Below, piece by piece: positions 25,730-36,596 of a stretch of DNA of 64,000 nucleotides. The notes beneath the pieces were generated by a model, which was not told the DNA's origin, made no database searches, and saw nothing but the letters and a program-made list of their open reading frames with translations. Source of the stretch: Chiloscyllium plagiosum (Eukaryota); the NCBI RefSeq assembly GCF_004010195.1, contig NC_057718.1:29413206-29477205 (forward strand). The letters run 5' to 3'. Numbering within the stretch: the stretch's first letter is position 1; the number at the start of each line of letters is the position of its first letter. Position numbers and translations under genes: made by a program.

Positions 25730-26790
25730 ATTAAATCGAGGGAGTATATTGTCAATTGGATACAAAATTGGCTTGAAGGAGGGTGGTAGTGAAGGGTTGC
25801 TCTTCAGATTGGAGGCCTGTGACGAGCAGTGTGCTGGGTTCACTGTTTGCTTGTCATTTATATAAATGATTTGGATGTGAATATAGGAGGTATGGTAAGT
25901 ATGTTTGCAGGTAGCATCAGAACAGATGGTGCAGTGGACAGTGAAGGAGGTTACCTCAGGGTACAACAGGATCTTGATCAGATGGGCCAATAGGCTGAGG
26001 AGTGGCAGATAGATTTTAGATGTGAGGTGTTGCATTTGGTTAGGTAAACCAGGGCAGGGTTTATACAGTTAATGGTACGGCCCTGGAAAGTGTTACCGAA
26101 GAGACCTCGGGGTGCAGGTCTATAGTTCGTTGAAAGTGGAGTTACATGCAGACAGGATGGGGAAGGCGGCATTTGGCATGCTTGCCTTCATTGGTCAAAG
26201 CATGCAGTGTCAGAATTGGGAGGTCACATTGCAGTTGTACACAACATTGGTGAAGCCACTTTTAGAATATTGTGTACAGTTCTGGTCTTCCTTCCATAGG
26301 AAGTATGCTGTTAAATTTGAGGGGATGCAGAAAATATTCATAAAGATGATGCCAGGACTGGAGGCTTTGAGTTATAGGGAGAGGCTGATTAGGCTGGGGA
26401 TTATTTCCCCTGGAGCAGAGGCTGAGGGGTGACCTTATAGAAGTTTACAAAATCATGAGGGGCAGATAAAGTGAATAGCCAAGCCCTTTTTTTTCCTACG
26501 GTGGGGGAGTCCAAAACTAGAGGACATAGGTTTCAGGTGAGAGGGAAGGATTTAAAAGAACCTGAGGGCTAACTTTCATGCATATATGGAATGAGCCCCC
26601 ATAGGAAGTGGTGGAGGCAGGTACAACATTTTAAAGGCATCTGAATGAGAGTATGAATAAAAAGGGTTTAGAGGGATATGGGCCAAATGCTGGGGCATAA
26701 GGGACGAGGTCAGATTGGGATGCCTGGTCAGCACAGACAAGTTGGACTGAAGGGTCTGTTTCTGTTCTGTGTGACTCAGTGATTCTATAA
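25730..26790 (+). mobile_element. CR1 LINE 3' fragment
   Basis: ORF 26112-26432 LYTTLVKPLLEYCVQFWS; 3' tail gactcagtgattctat. Confidence 0.85.
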
Positions 26791-27480
26791 GGAAAACAAT
26801 TCTTTAAGTATCTTCTGGGTCCACTGAGCTAAGCAAATTAATGAAATTTTATTCTTAAGTTTCACATCACTTCACTTTTGAGGCAGTGACTTTGCAGAAA
26901 CTTTATGGATTGGTAAATCCATCATATAATGATGGACAAAATCTGTGGAAGGAATAAGCTTGGCTTAACCCATGCCAGTATCACTTAAGAGTGATCCATT
27001 GCCAGATCTCAATGGACAACAGGCCTATTTTCTCTACCAAATGTGCCACATCAAGGTGATCCTGAAGAGCAAAGGTAGTCTCCAGTTGCTTTCTTCCAAA
27101 AGCAATTATCTTAAACTCATCTTCTCTTCCTCACTCTATTTCCCATTAAGTGAATGTCACATTTATTGTTTTATTTTGTTCTATTGTTTTCCTTAGTTGG
27201 GAGAGCCAAACCAATCTACATTTCGTTCTTGGCTTCCTGAGGACATCTCATCCAAAACATCAAACTCTTGTTCTTTTAAATAAACAATTTTCCTTATGAA
27301 GCTATGTGCACACCAATATTTTAACTGGTTCCCCTTCTTTACTGTGTTCCATCCGATCTGTGACTACCAAATGAATGTAAAATATATTAGTTTTTGTCCT
27401 CTTGAAGTCTGAAGACTTTGTGAAACCTGATTTGCAAGGCTATCCGTGCCATGCATTTCAAGTCTTCCCACTGCTTTAAG

Positions 27481-28135
27481 GAGAAAGTGAGGTCTGCAGA
27501 TGCTGGAGATCAAAGTTGAAACTTTATTGCTGGAACAGCACAGCAGGTCAGGCAGCATCCAGGGAACAGGAGATTCGACGTTTCGGGCACAGGCCCTTCT
27601 TCAGGAATGAGCAGAGAGTGTTCAGCAGGAGAAGATAAAAGGTAGGGAGGAGGGACTTGGAGGAGGGGCGTTGGAAATGTGATAGGTGGAAAGAGGTCAA
27701 GGTGAGGGTGATAGGTCGGAGTAGGATGGAGGCGGAGAGGTCAACAAGAAGACTGCAGGTCAGGAAGGCGGAGCCGGGCTGGAGGGATTCGGCTGAGACA
27801 AGGTGGGGGGAGGGGGGATGAAGAAACTGGTGAAGTCCAAGGGTGTGGCCTCCTCTATATTGGGGAGACAGGCCGCCTACTTGCGGAGCGATTCAGAGAG
27901 CACCTCTGGGCCACCCGGACGAACCAACCCAACCACCCTGTAGCACAGAATTTCAACTCCCCCTCCCACTCCACCGAGGATATGCAGGTCATTGGACTCA
28001 TCCACCGCCAAAACACAACAACGCGACGGTCGGAGGAGGAGCGTCTTATCTTCCGACTGGGAACCCTCCAACCACAGGGGATGAACTTGGACTTGCTGCC
28101 TGACCTGCTGTGCTGTTCCAGCAATAAAGTTTCAA
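27481..28135. mobile_element. Penelope-like retroelement insertion: inverted pseudo-LTR + GIY-YIG endonuclease fragment + partial pseudo-LTR
   Basis: Plus frame from about 27844 reads CGLLYIGETGRLLAERFREH...PVAQNFN...MQVIGL...EERLIFRLGTLQPQGMN (PLE GIY-YIG); ends are inverted repeats; exact 17-bp TSD cttcccactgctttaag at 27464-27480 and 28136-28152. Confidence 0.9.
27573..27608 (-). ncRNA. Minimal type-I hammerhead ribozyme motif in the Penelope pseudo-LTR
   Basis: Minus strand AUUC-CUGAAGA-A-GGGC(CUGU)GCCC-GAAA-CGUC-GAAU: complete core, perfect stems I and II, ACGU palindrome in place of stem III. Confidence 0.8.
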
Positions 28136-29494
28136 CTTCCCACTGCTTTAAGCAAGCAAGGAAGCTTAGATTGGTATACATCTTTTTCCATTTTCTGTTT
28201 GACTTAATGAGATTTGAATTTTTAAACGGATGCTGTATTTTCATTTCAATGTGTGCCTAGCTGTCCATTTTATAAAAATTACTCATGCAGATTTCATGAG
28301 TTAAACAGGTAATAAATTAGTTTTACTGCTAAAAAATACCCTTAGGGAAAAACATTAAAAGTGTATAAATACATCCTACTCTCCTGCAAAGTAATTCAAA
28401 CTTGTATGCAAAAAAACACAAATTAGATTAGATTTTATGTTAAACTTTGTCAAGTTAAAGAACAAAATTTTAAAAAGTCATTTTAAAAACCATTATATTG
28501 CAAGCAGTTTCTTCTCCTGAAGTTGGTTTGAAGTAAAGGCAGATACTTCCCTTTTCTCTTAGAAAATGATGATAGAACTCCAACGCCTTTCGGAAGTCTC
28601 TGTTGGAAGACCACAGACAAACTTTTCTTGCCTAGTAAATTAGGGGTTAAAGATGGTAGAGAGAGCAAGAGACCAACTGTTCACTCTAGTTCCTACAATG
28701 TCTCAGCCCAGATCAAGTTTAAGGTTTCACACAAAAGGCTTATTACATAACTTCTCTCCAGTTTGTATTTTATAAAAGGTAGTTATGAGCTTATGTCCAA
28801 CTCAGTTTCCTCTTAGCTGTTGATAATGCAGTGATTAACTTCATAAATATTCCAGCTCTTAAATCCTTAAGAGATCCATCCTTCATCTCGACAAGGTAGG
28901 AAGGAGGTACTCTCACCCTCTGGGTGCTACCAGCTGTTGGGACCTCTGTAGGCTCCTTCTCCATGACATGGGCTGTAGCTACTCATGCAAATTAGCAGTC
29001 AATCTAAGTGTCTTTGTTTGATTGAAATGTGCTTTTTAAAAGTTTAAAAGGTAAAACCAGACCATGAGCTACTAGATTATTCCAATATATAGTATCATGT
29101 CTTCACGACCTCACCATCTCAGTTTGACACACCTGGTTCTCAAATCAGAGAAAATCACCACCAATGGCTTCACTTCCTGCCTCTCCACCGTCATCTTGGA
29201 TGTTCTTCAAGGATCTGTCCTTGACCTCCCTCCTATGCAGATGTAAATTTTATCTTGGATCTAAGTTGGTTAAGAAAACTCTGATGTTTATTCATGTCCA
29301 GGCGACTATTAATTTAAAAAATCCAGTGTTGGCTATAGCTTGATTTACTTCAATTCCACAGGAATATGAATTTAGGCAGGCAGGCGAATATGTTGCACAT
29401 TTTCGGAAACTGTGCAATTGCCACTGCCATCCCTCAACAGAAATCTGTGGAGTTTCCAAGATCCTAGTCTGTAAGGCCTAGTCCCCTAGTTTGA

Positions 29495-29895
29495 GGAGAA
29501 GTGATGGCCGAGTGGTATTATCTAACACTTATTCCTTTGGAACGGAAACAAATCAAGCTACAGCCAACACTTGTTCTGTTTTTTTATTAATCCAGAGACC
29601 TATGTAATGTTCTGGACATGGCATTTGGTAGAATTTGAATTCAATAGAAATCTGGAATTAAGAGTCTGATGATGACCATGAAACTACTGTCATTTGTTGG
29701 AAAAAAAAGACATATGATTCACTAATTTCTTTTAGGGAAATAAATCTATCATCCTTACCTGGTCTGGCCCACATGTGACTCCACAACCACCGCAATGTGG
29801 TTTACTCTTAAGTGCTCTCTGGGCAGTTAGGGATGGGCAATAAATGCAGGCCTGGCCAGCGATGTCCTCATCCCGTAAATTAACATTTAAAAAAA
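29495..29895 (+). mobile_element. SINE-like element sharing a 3' end (gggcaataaatgc.ggcc) with the second LINE family
   Basis: atccttacctggtctggcccacatgtgactcca...gggatgggcaataaatgcaggcc and A-rich tail. Confidence 0.5.
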
Positions 29896-30169
29896 TCAGG
29901 AGGGAGCATAGTACATCCATGCCTTAAGCTTCCCCTGTTAATTTGACCAAACAGTTATGTTGCTCGCATAACAATACTATATATTTGTAGAAGCCCAATG
30001 CCATCAAACTGGATATGAATGAATGCTAACATGTAAGATTCTTCATCCATCACTCCAATTTCTATTAATTACACACAATGCTTAAAAATGTGACTGCATT
30101 GTAATGAACAATAACCTATACCTTTTGGGTTGATTAATTTACTTTGTGCGCTACTTTTAGTGCAACTGG

Positions 30170-30480
30170 AATGCAAACACATATTTATACAGCACCTTTC
30201 ACAAATTAAAATGATTTAAATCATATCACTGTCAAAGGGGAATTTTGAAGTGTAGTCACTATTATAGGAAACACAGTAGGCAATTAACTCCAAGAATTTG
30301 CAAACAGCAAAATTATTGAGGTTATCCATTTTCATTATGTTTATTGATCATTAAATATTGGCCAAGATCAAGAGAACTCACCTGCTCCTTTGTAATATGC
30401 CCTCATTACGCCACAAGTGTTACATTAGATTACATGCTTCAGAATGCTACCACTCAGCGATAGACAATGCAGGAATAATA
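30170..30480 (-). mobile_element. Deu-domain SINE remnant just downstream of the LRPPRC poly(A) signal
   Basis: ttttgaagtgtagtcact...taggaaac...aaatattggcca...gagaactcacctgctc is the reverse complement of the same core. Confidence 0.55.
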
Positions 30481-30540
30481 ATAATTTCAAAATTCTCAGA
30501 CTTATTGAACAAAAAGCTCAAGTTTTGTCTCCTCTGAATC

Positions 30541-30546
30541 TTTATT
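30541..30546 (-). promoter_or_regulatory. Probable LRPPRC polyadenylation signal (AATAAA)
   Basis: tttatt on + = AATAAA on -, about 105 nt after the stop codon, followed by T-rich sequence on -. Confidence 0.6.
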
Positions 30547-30650
30547 TGTCACATTAAATACTTCTGTACAGTCAACACAGTTAAAATTAACATTTCAGAA
30601 ATACACATTCATCATAAATTGGCTCAAAAGTATAAAAATGTCTGATAGTT

Positions 30651-30731
30651 TCAATCTTCATCTTGACTTTCATCAGAAGATTCTGCTGCCTTTTCTCGCC
30701 TGAGCTTGTCTGCATAAAATTTGAAACTTTC
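30651..30731 (-). CDS. LRPPRC: LRPPRC terminal coding exon with TGA stop
   Basis: tctaaacag|gaa; ESFKFYADKLRREKAAESSDESQDED*; resembles the vertebrate LRPPRC ending ESFEFYA..LR. Confidence 0.93.
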   Translation of the reverse strand, partial: ESFKFYADKLRREKAAESSDESQDED

Positions 30732-31147
30732 CTGTTTAGAGAACAAAATGTTGAATGATTTATATGAACAAAGTGTTATATTCTTAATATGTGTGGGCTT
30801 TGTACTGTTATTTAAAGCACTGCATTTAAAAATAATATGCCTATACTGATGAAATAACTTTCAATCCAACAGGTACAATTCTTTGAATAGCATTGTAATT
30901 ATGTTTTGAAAGGCAAAGTATGACTAAATACCGACATGTCATATTCCAAACTGTTGGAACATTTAAATGCACTGACCTTTTCAACAGTGATGGTATTAGC
31001 ATTATTAAAAAATAATCAGTACAAACTGAACAGCTTGCTGCATATAAAAAAAGCCAAAGCAAAAAGGGGGAATTCATGGAACACACAACGTGTTGAGCAT
31101 AATTAAACTTAGTTTACAGAGTCTAATATCAATTTATAACAAAATTG

Positions 31148-31460
31148 GGGCAGCACGGTGACTCAGTGGTTAGCACTGCTGCCTCACAGGGTCAGGGACC
31201 TGGGTTCGGTTCCTGCCTCGGGTGACTGTCTGTGTGGTGTTTGTACATTCTCCCTGTGTCTACGTGGGTTTCCTCCGGGTGCTCCAGTTTCCTCCCACAG
31301 TCCAAAGATGTGCAGGTCAAGTAAATTGCCCATAATGAGAGGTGATTAGTCAGGGGTAAATATAGGCGAGGGGAATGGGTCTGGGTGGGTTGCTCTTCAC
31401 AGGTTCGATATGGACTTGTTGGGCTGAAGGGCCTGTTTCCATACTGTAGGGAATCTAATC
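31148..31460 (+). mobile_element. HE1/V-SINE-type SINE, older copy
   Basis: ggcagcacggtgactcagtggttagcactgctgcctcacag...gggcctgtttccatactgtagggaatctaatc. Confidence 0.82.
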
Positions 31461-32892
31461 AAAACTGTAATAAATTAGCAGCGATATAAATTTCATTTTG
31501 AAATGTTAACTCTCTCCACAGATGCTGGCAGACTTGCTGAGTTTCTCCAGCATTTTCTTTGCTTCAGATTTCCAGCATCCATAGTATTTTCCTTTAATTG
31601 CAGGCTGCTCTTAAATATTTTGTATTGATGAACTTAGATCGAAATTTAGGAGTTTGCAAAACCATCCTGACCTGAAAACAATTTGCTATTCCCTCATTAC
31701 TACAAACCCCATGAAAACCCTGGAGCTCCCTTCCTAACAGTATTGTACTTGTTTCTGCACCCCCACATGCACAGCTGTAGTTCAAGAAAGCCTTTCTCTA
31801 CCATCTCAAGGGATCAGCAGTAAATGTTGGCCTTGTACAATTAAAATAAATCTGCCCAATTAAGATAGAAAAAGGGAAAAAAGAAATTTCATAACTCTGT
31901 AAGCAATGGAATAAAAATGCAATTTATGACACTTGCGACATAGCTATTAGAATAACATGAGCGCTCCCTTATAAATCAAGGTCATTCTTTCTGCCTGAAA
32001 CATCCCAGTGGTCAACAGTGCAAATTTGTGAACAGGTAGTATCATACTAATGTTTGCCATGCCTACAAAGCTATTATAAATCTAATTCAAACAAATAAAG
32101 GAGGAATAAGCCATTTAGCCTCTTGCATTTGTTTCTCGTTCAATAAAATCATGGCCCACCTGACCACAAGTTCAAATCCAAATCGCTGCTTTCCCTAATA
32201 ACCTTTCACCCTTCTAGTTTAACAAAACTTCGTCTGCCTCTGCCTTAAAAATATTCAATTACTCTCCTCCACCTTTTCAAAAAGACAGTTCCAAAGTCAC
32301 TCAACACTGATACTCCTGGGGAAAAAATTTAGTCATCAAATTCATCTATTCATATTAATTTGTACATTTATTGGCTTGCACATATCTCAGTTACTGACTA
32401 CACACCCTGTTCTTTATAAGCTTCTAACATTATTGCTTTTTACCTAACGCTCTTAGGCAAAAATGATAGGAATTTGCTTCCTAAGGGTGATCAGACAGTT
32501 CCCACTGTGTAAACTTCTACAACAAACGTTACAATTAGGAATTCACTTTTTGGGGAAATCACAAGTTGTAAACCCTGTATCCTGCAATTTGAGGCTCAGC
32601 AGGTTTCCTCATCCACCTGCTGCCACATTGTATTCATTTATTGGCACCCACCTATTGTTTCAGAAAACTCAGACGAAAAAAACTCAACATGCTGCCTGCA
32701 GTATAGTGGCAAATCCTGTAATGAGGGGCAGCCATCCAAGGTTGAAACCCATTCTTCACTGATATGAAAAATCAAACATGTCACCATTTGTGGCTAGGTT
32801 GCTTTGCAGAGCATTTCACAGTATTGCCCTGAATTTACCTCAGTATGGATCCGAGATTGAAACCATGGCTGATTAAAGTGGGAAATACTCAC

Positions 32893-33035
32893 AGGGGGTT
32901 CAGTGAAAGACACAGATTCCCCTGAATTTTTCAGTAGCACAGCAAGGCGCTTCAGGAACAACTCGTCTGGTATCAACTTTTCTTCTTGAACCTTTTCATA
33001 CAAAGTCTTTGCAGAAACCACATCATTGTCTAATG
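32893..33035 (-). CDS. LRPPRC: LRPPRC penultimate coding exon (approx. exon 37)
   Basis: tctctag|ca ... ccccct|gtgagt; 143 nt; LDNDVVSAKTLYEKVQEEKLIPDELFLKRLAVLLKNSGESVSFTEPP. Confidence 0.95.
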
Positions 33036-33161
33036 CTAGAGAAGAAACAAAAATGGAGTCATTTTGCAATAGCCTTATATTGTGGTTAAATACTGAATTA
33101 TTGTTGCTCCAAATAAATTTAACTTTATTTAACAAAATAAGCCTGACATTAAACAATTTAC

Positions 33162-33246
33162 CATAACATTTCATTAGATATGAATACGCCACTTCTTTTT
33201 CTGGAAAATCTTTCATCAGATCAAGGAGCCCTGTGATCTTGTGAGC
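33162..33246 (-). CDS. LRPPRC: LRPPRC internal coding exon (approx. exon 36)
   Basis: tttctaag|gct ... tatg|gtaaat; 85 nt; AHKITGLLDLMKDFPEKEVAYSYLMKCY. Confidence 0.93.
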
Positions 33247-34216
33247 CTTAGAAAAAAAGAGACAAATAAAATTTAACCTGATAACAATACGTTGAACATT
33301 TTGTACCATACTGCTGGGTAATTAACTCCTTAAACAGATAATGCCTTACATTTTTACAATGTGACAAGCATTTTTCTCCATTCATATTACCCTCATTTGG
33401 AAAATTAAGACTTATTTCTGCAACATTGCAGAACAAGGAACAATTAGCACAGTATCATTAGAAGTCAGCTATTTTTATTTTAGCCAAAGTGTAAAGAATT
33501 GCGTCAGAAAGAAAGCCATTAGAGAAAACAGCACTAATGGGTATATCAGATGACTCCAGTGGGTGATAGAAATAATTTGAAGGTGAGTGAAATCATGTGT
33601 AAAATATCAGAAGAGGGCTGTGTTAATCTATTCAAGAAGAAACGAACCAGTTTTACCGAACAGCTTTTTAATTCAGCAGCAATTCCTTACCAAAGTGGTT
33701 ATTTTTGGGGCAGCCAGTGACATGGCAGAGAATTCGAAGGTAATTTGAGACTGTTCTTCAGTGATTGCAGTTCAACCTCTTTTAAAGAATCTGATTTCGG
33801 AAATAGGACGGGACTAACACCCTTAACTGCTTGCACATCTTTTTCAATTTGAATGAAAAATTTACAAGTTTAGCTGGGATTGTTTATTTCAATGAGGTGG
33901 GTGAGGGGCTAGAAGAGGTTTACCTACAGAGGTTAAGAAAAAGGAAAATGAGTTGTCCAACCCAAATAGTCAACATTTCCAATAGATGGTACAGTGTCAC
34001 TTGCCACTGATAGTAGCTCAGGAATAAAATGCCCAGGGATGTATAGGTTAGGTGGATTAGCCACGGTTAAATGCAGGCTTACATGGATGGGGGGGTCTGG
34101 ATAGGATGGTCTTCGGAGGATCAGTGCAGACTTGATGGGCTGAATCATCTCCTTCCTCACCGTAGGGATTCTATGATTTTTTTACAAATATTTTGCAGAC
34201 TCTTCTGTGTACATAC

Positions 34217-34291
34217 CTGCCCAGGTTTCTGTGCAGACTTAGCAACGAATGAAATCAAACTTTTCTTCTGTTCGGCAATTGCAGGGCACCT
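34217..34291 (-). CDS. LRPPRC: LRPPRC internal coding exon (approx. exon 35)
   Basis: tttttcag|agg ... gggcag|gtatgt; 75 nt; RCPAIAEQKKSLISFVAKSAQKPGQ. Confidence 0.93.
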
Positions 34292-36222
34292 CTGAAAAAC
34301 AAACCCAAACCTAAATGCAACCAGTGTAACTATTTGGGTAAATACCTTAACTTTATGTTGAAATAGCACACAATTGCGAATTAATGAACATTCACTAAAT
34401 ACATCACATTTGAAATATTTAATCCTATAATTATGAGCCATATTTAAGAATGTAATTTCCAGTTTATTCATATTTTCTGACTTAAGTTGTGAATGTTAGT
34501 AATGAATGATACAATAATTCCTCATCCTAAAGTTGTCAAGCTGAGTATCAAAAGGCCAAATACAGAGCAGTAGTTCTTCCATCCAGAAAATAACTCCTAT
34601 TGTATTCTACATTAGTTGTCTCTGTGGCCGAAGTAAACTGCTGTTTCAGTATCACTGTGACAAAATGCTATGCAGGTAAGATTGTACCCAGCTCAAACTG
34701 CGGAAGCTGACCATATAGATGACCTCTGTAACTAACAGACGAGAGTTGCATCTTTTTGGTGAGGCAGATGTGAATTTCATGTTCCCAGAGTGAAACAGCA
34801 CTGTAGAAACCCACAGTAATGTCAAGAAATTAAGTGAGTATTTTCTTGTTTTCTGTCAAAGTCCCAACTTGAATTGAGTCACACTGTTCATTGGCTATGA
34901 TCTTGCACAAAAGTCATAAGCCAGAAATATAACCTGCACCATATTAAATCAATTAAATAATGGCATCATATCAAAAACAGCATGCTCAGTTCAGATATAG
35001 TGCAATTTAGCAAAATTGTAGTGTGAGTAATTTTTACAAAATAATAATAGCTTAATGCCAAAGTACATTACTTGAAGTTGCTATTCATCTTTCAGTACTA
35101 TTCTCCTGCCTTGCTGAACTAATATTTATTCACCAAACTCCTTCAACAGCATCTTTCAAAACCACATCTACCACCTAGAAAGAGGAGGGCAGCAAACTCA
35201 CGGGAACATCACCACCTAAAGGAGTATCTCCAAGTGACTTACCATTCAGACTTTGAACTCTGATCAACATTCTTTCACTGCAGATGTCAAAATCCTGGAA
35301 TCTACCCCAGGATTCATTACCAAATGAAATAGCAGTTCTACAAGGCTGCTCAGCACACTTTCACAATGGTAAATATACAAGGCAATAAATTATTGATGCC
35401 CATATAATTGAGAATAAATTTCAAAGATATTTTCTGCCATTGCCCATTCACATTACAACCCATAAAGTACTGCAGTTTCACATCAATGCCATTTATCCAG
35501 TTTTTATACATGCCATTTTCAGTTAATTATTTTAACAGTTGCACATAGTTTACATGTTGCACTAACACAAAACCTACTCGCAGACCATCTTCCTTTCACC
35601 TTTTGTCTGTTGTTAAAATTATTGCTCAAAACATCTGAGATTTCTTTGGGATTTTTTTGATATCCCAAAAAAAATCTCGGTATGCTATGAATGATCAGGG
35701 CCACTCCCATTTACTACTTTTTAACAGATTGAAACATAAGGGAAATGCTGGTTTTATTGTATTTTTACTTCTGTAGATTTCAACCTGACAAGTATCGAGG
35801 AGGAGGACTGAAATCAAAACATCCTGGCCCATTATACCATCCCAATAAAGGTGTTTGACTAAGGCATCTGTTGGGATTTTGCCCCTTGACTAAAAGGATA
35901 ACACTAACTTTTCATGAGAGAAAAGTTAGAGAGGGCATACATATCCAAGAACGTTCCATTAGCATAAAAGAAAACCACTCAACTGTGAGTATGGTAATCC
36001 CAAAATCAGAGATGCATTTTACTCGAATGAGGGGCTGCCCATCACAAACAAAATACACTGCACTAAGTTTAAGAAAATACTTCAAACAACAATTCACAAT
36101 ATTTTATTCATCTTGCAATTTCCTCTCCACCCTTGAATTTTCAAATAGCCACCAGGATTTGAAAATACCCACCGGGATACTCCCAAACAATGGCCTTAAA
36201 TTAGACTGTCATTAACAATGTA

Positions 36223-36596
36223 CAAAATCACAGCACCAGAATATGGTCCAACAGGTTTATTTAGAAGCACTAGCTTTCGGAGTGCTGCTCCTTCCTCAGG
36301 ACCTAAAAAACAGAATTTATAGCAAAAGATTACAGTGCCACACAACTGAAATGATATATTTATTGCAAAAATGCAAGAAAGCAGGAAAAGTCCTAAAACT
36401 GTTCAATATATCATTTCAGTTGCATGACACTAACTTTTTGCTACAAATTCTGTGCATTATGGTCCTCCTCCACAGCCACCTGATTAAGGAGCAGTGCTCC
36501 AAAAGCTAGTCTTCTAAATAAACCTGTTGGACTATAACTTAGTTGCGTGATTTTGAACTTTGTCCACCCGTCCAACACCGGCTCCTCCACATCATG
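36223..36596. mobile_element. Family C palindromic Penelope-derived element with hammerhead motifs in both arms
   Basis: Arms gtccaacaggtttatttagaagcactagctttcggagtgctgctccttc / aaggagcagtgctccaaaagctagtcttctaaataaacctgttggac; TSD attaacaatgta / attaagaatgta (36211-36222, 36597-36608). Confidence 0.78.

Noticed and set aside
32794..33309. 171-aa ORF as a stand-alone gene
   Set aside because: It is two LRPPRC exons read through a stop-free intron and flanking intron sequence
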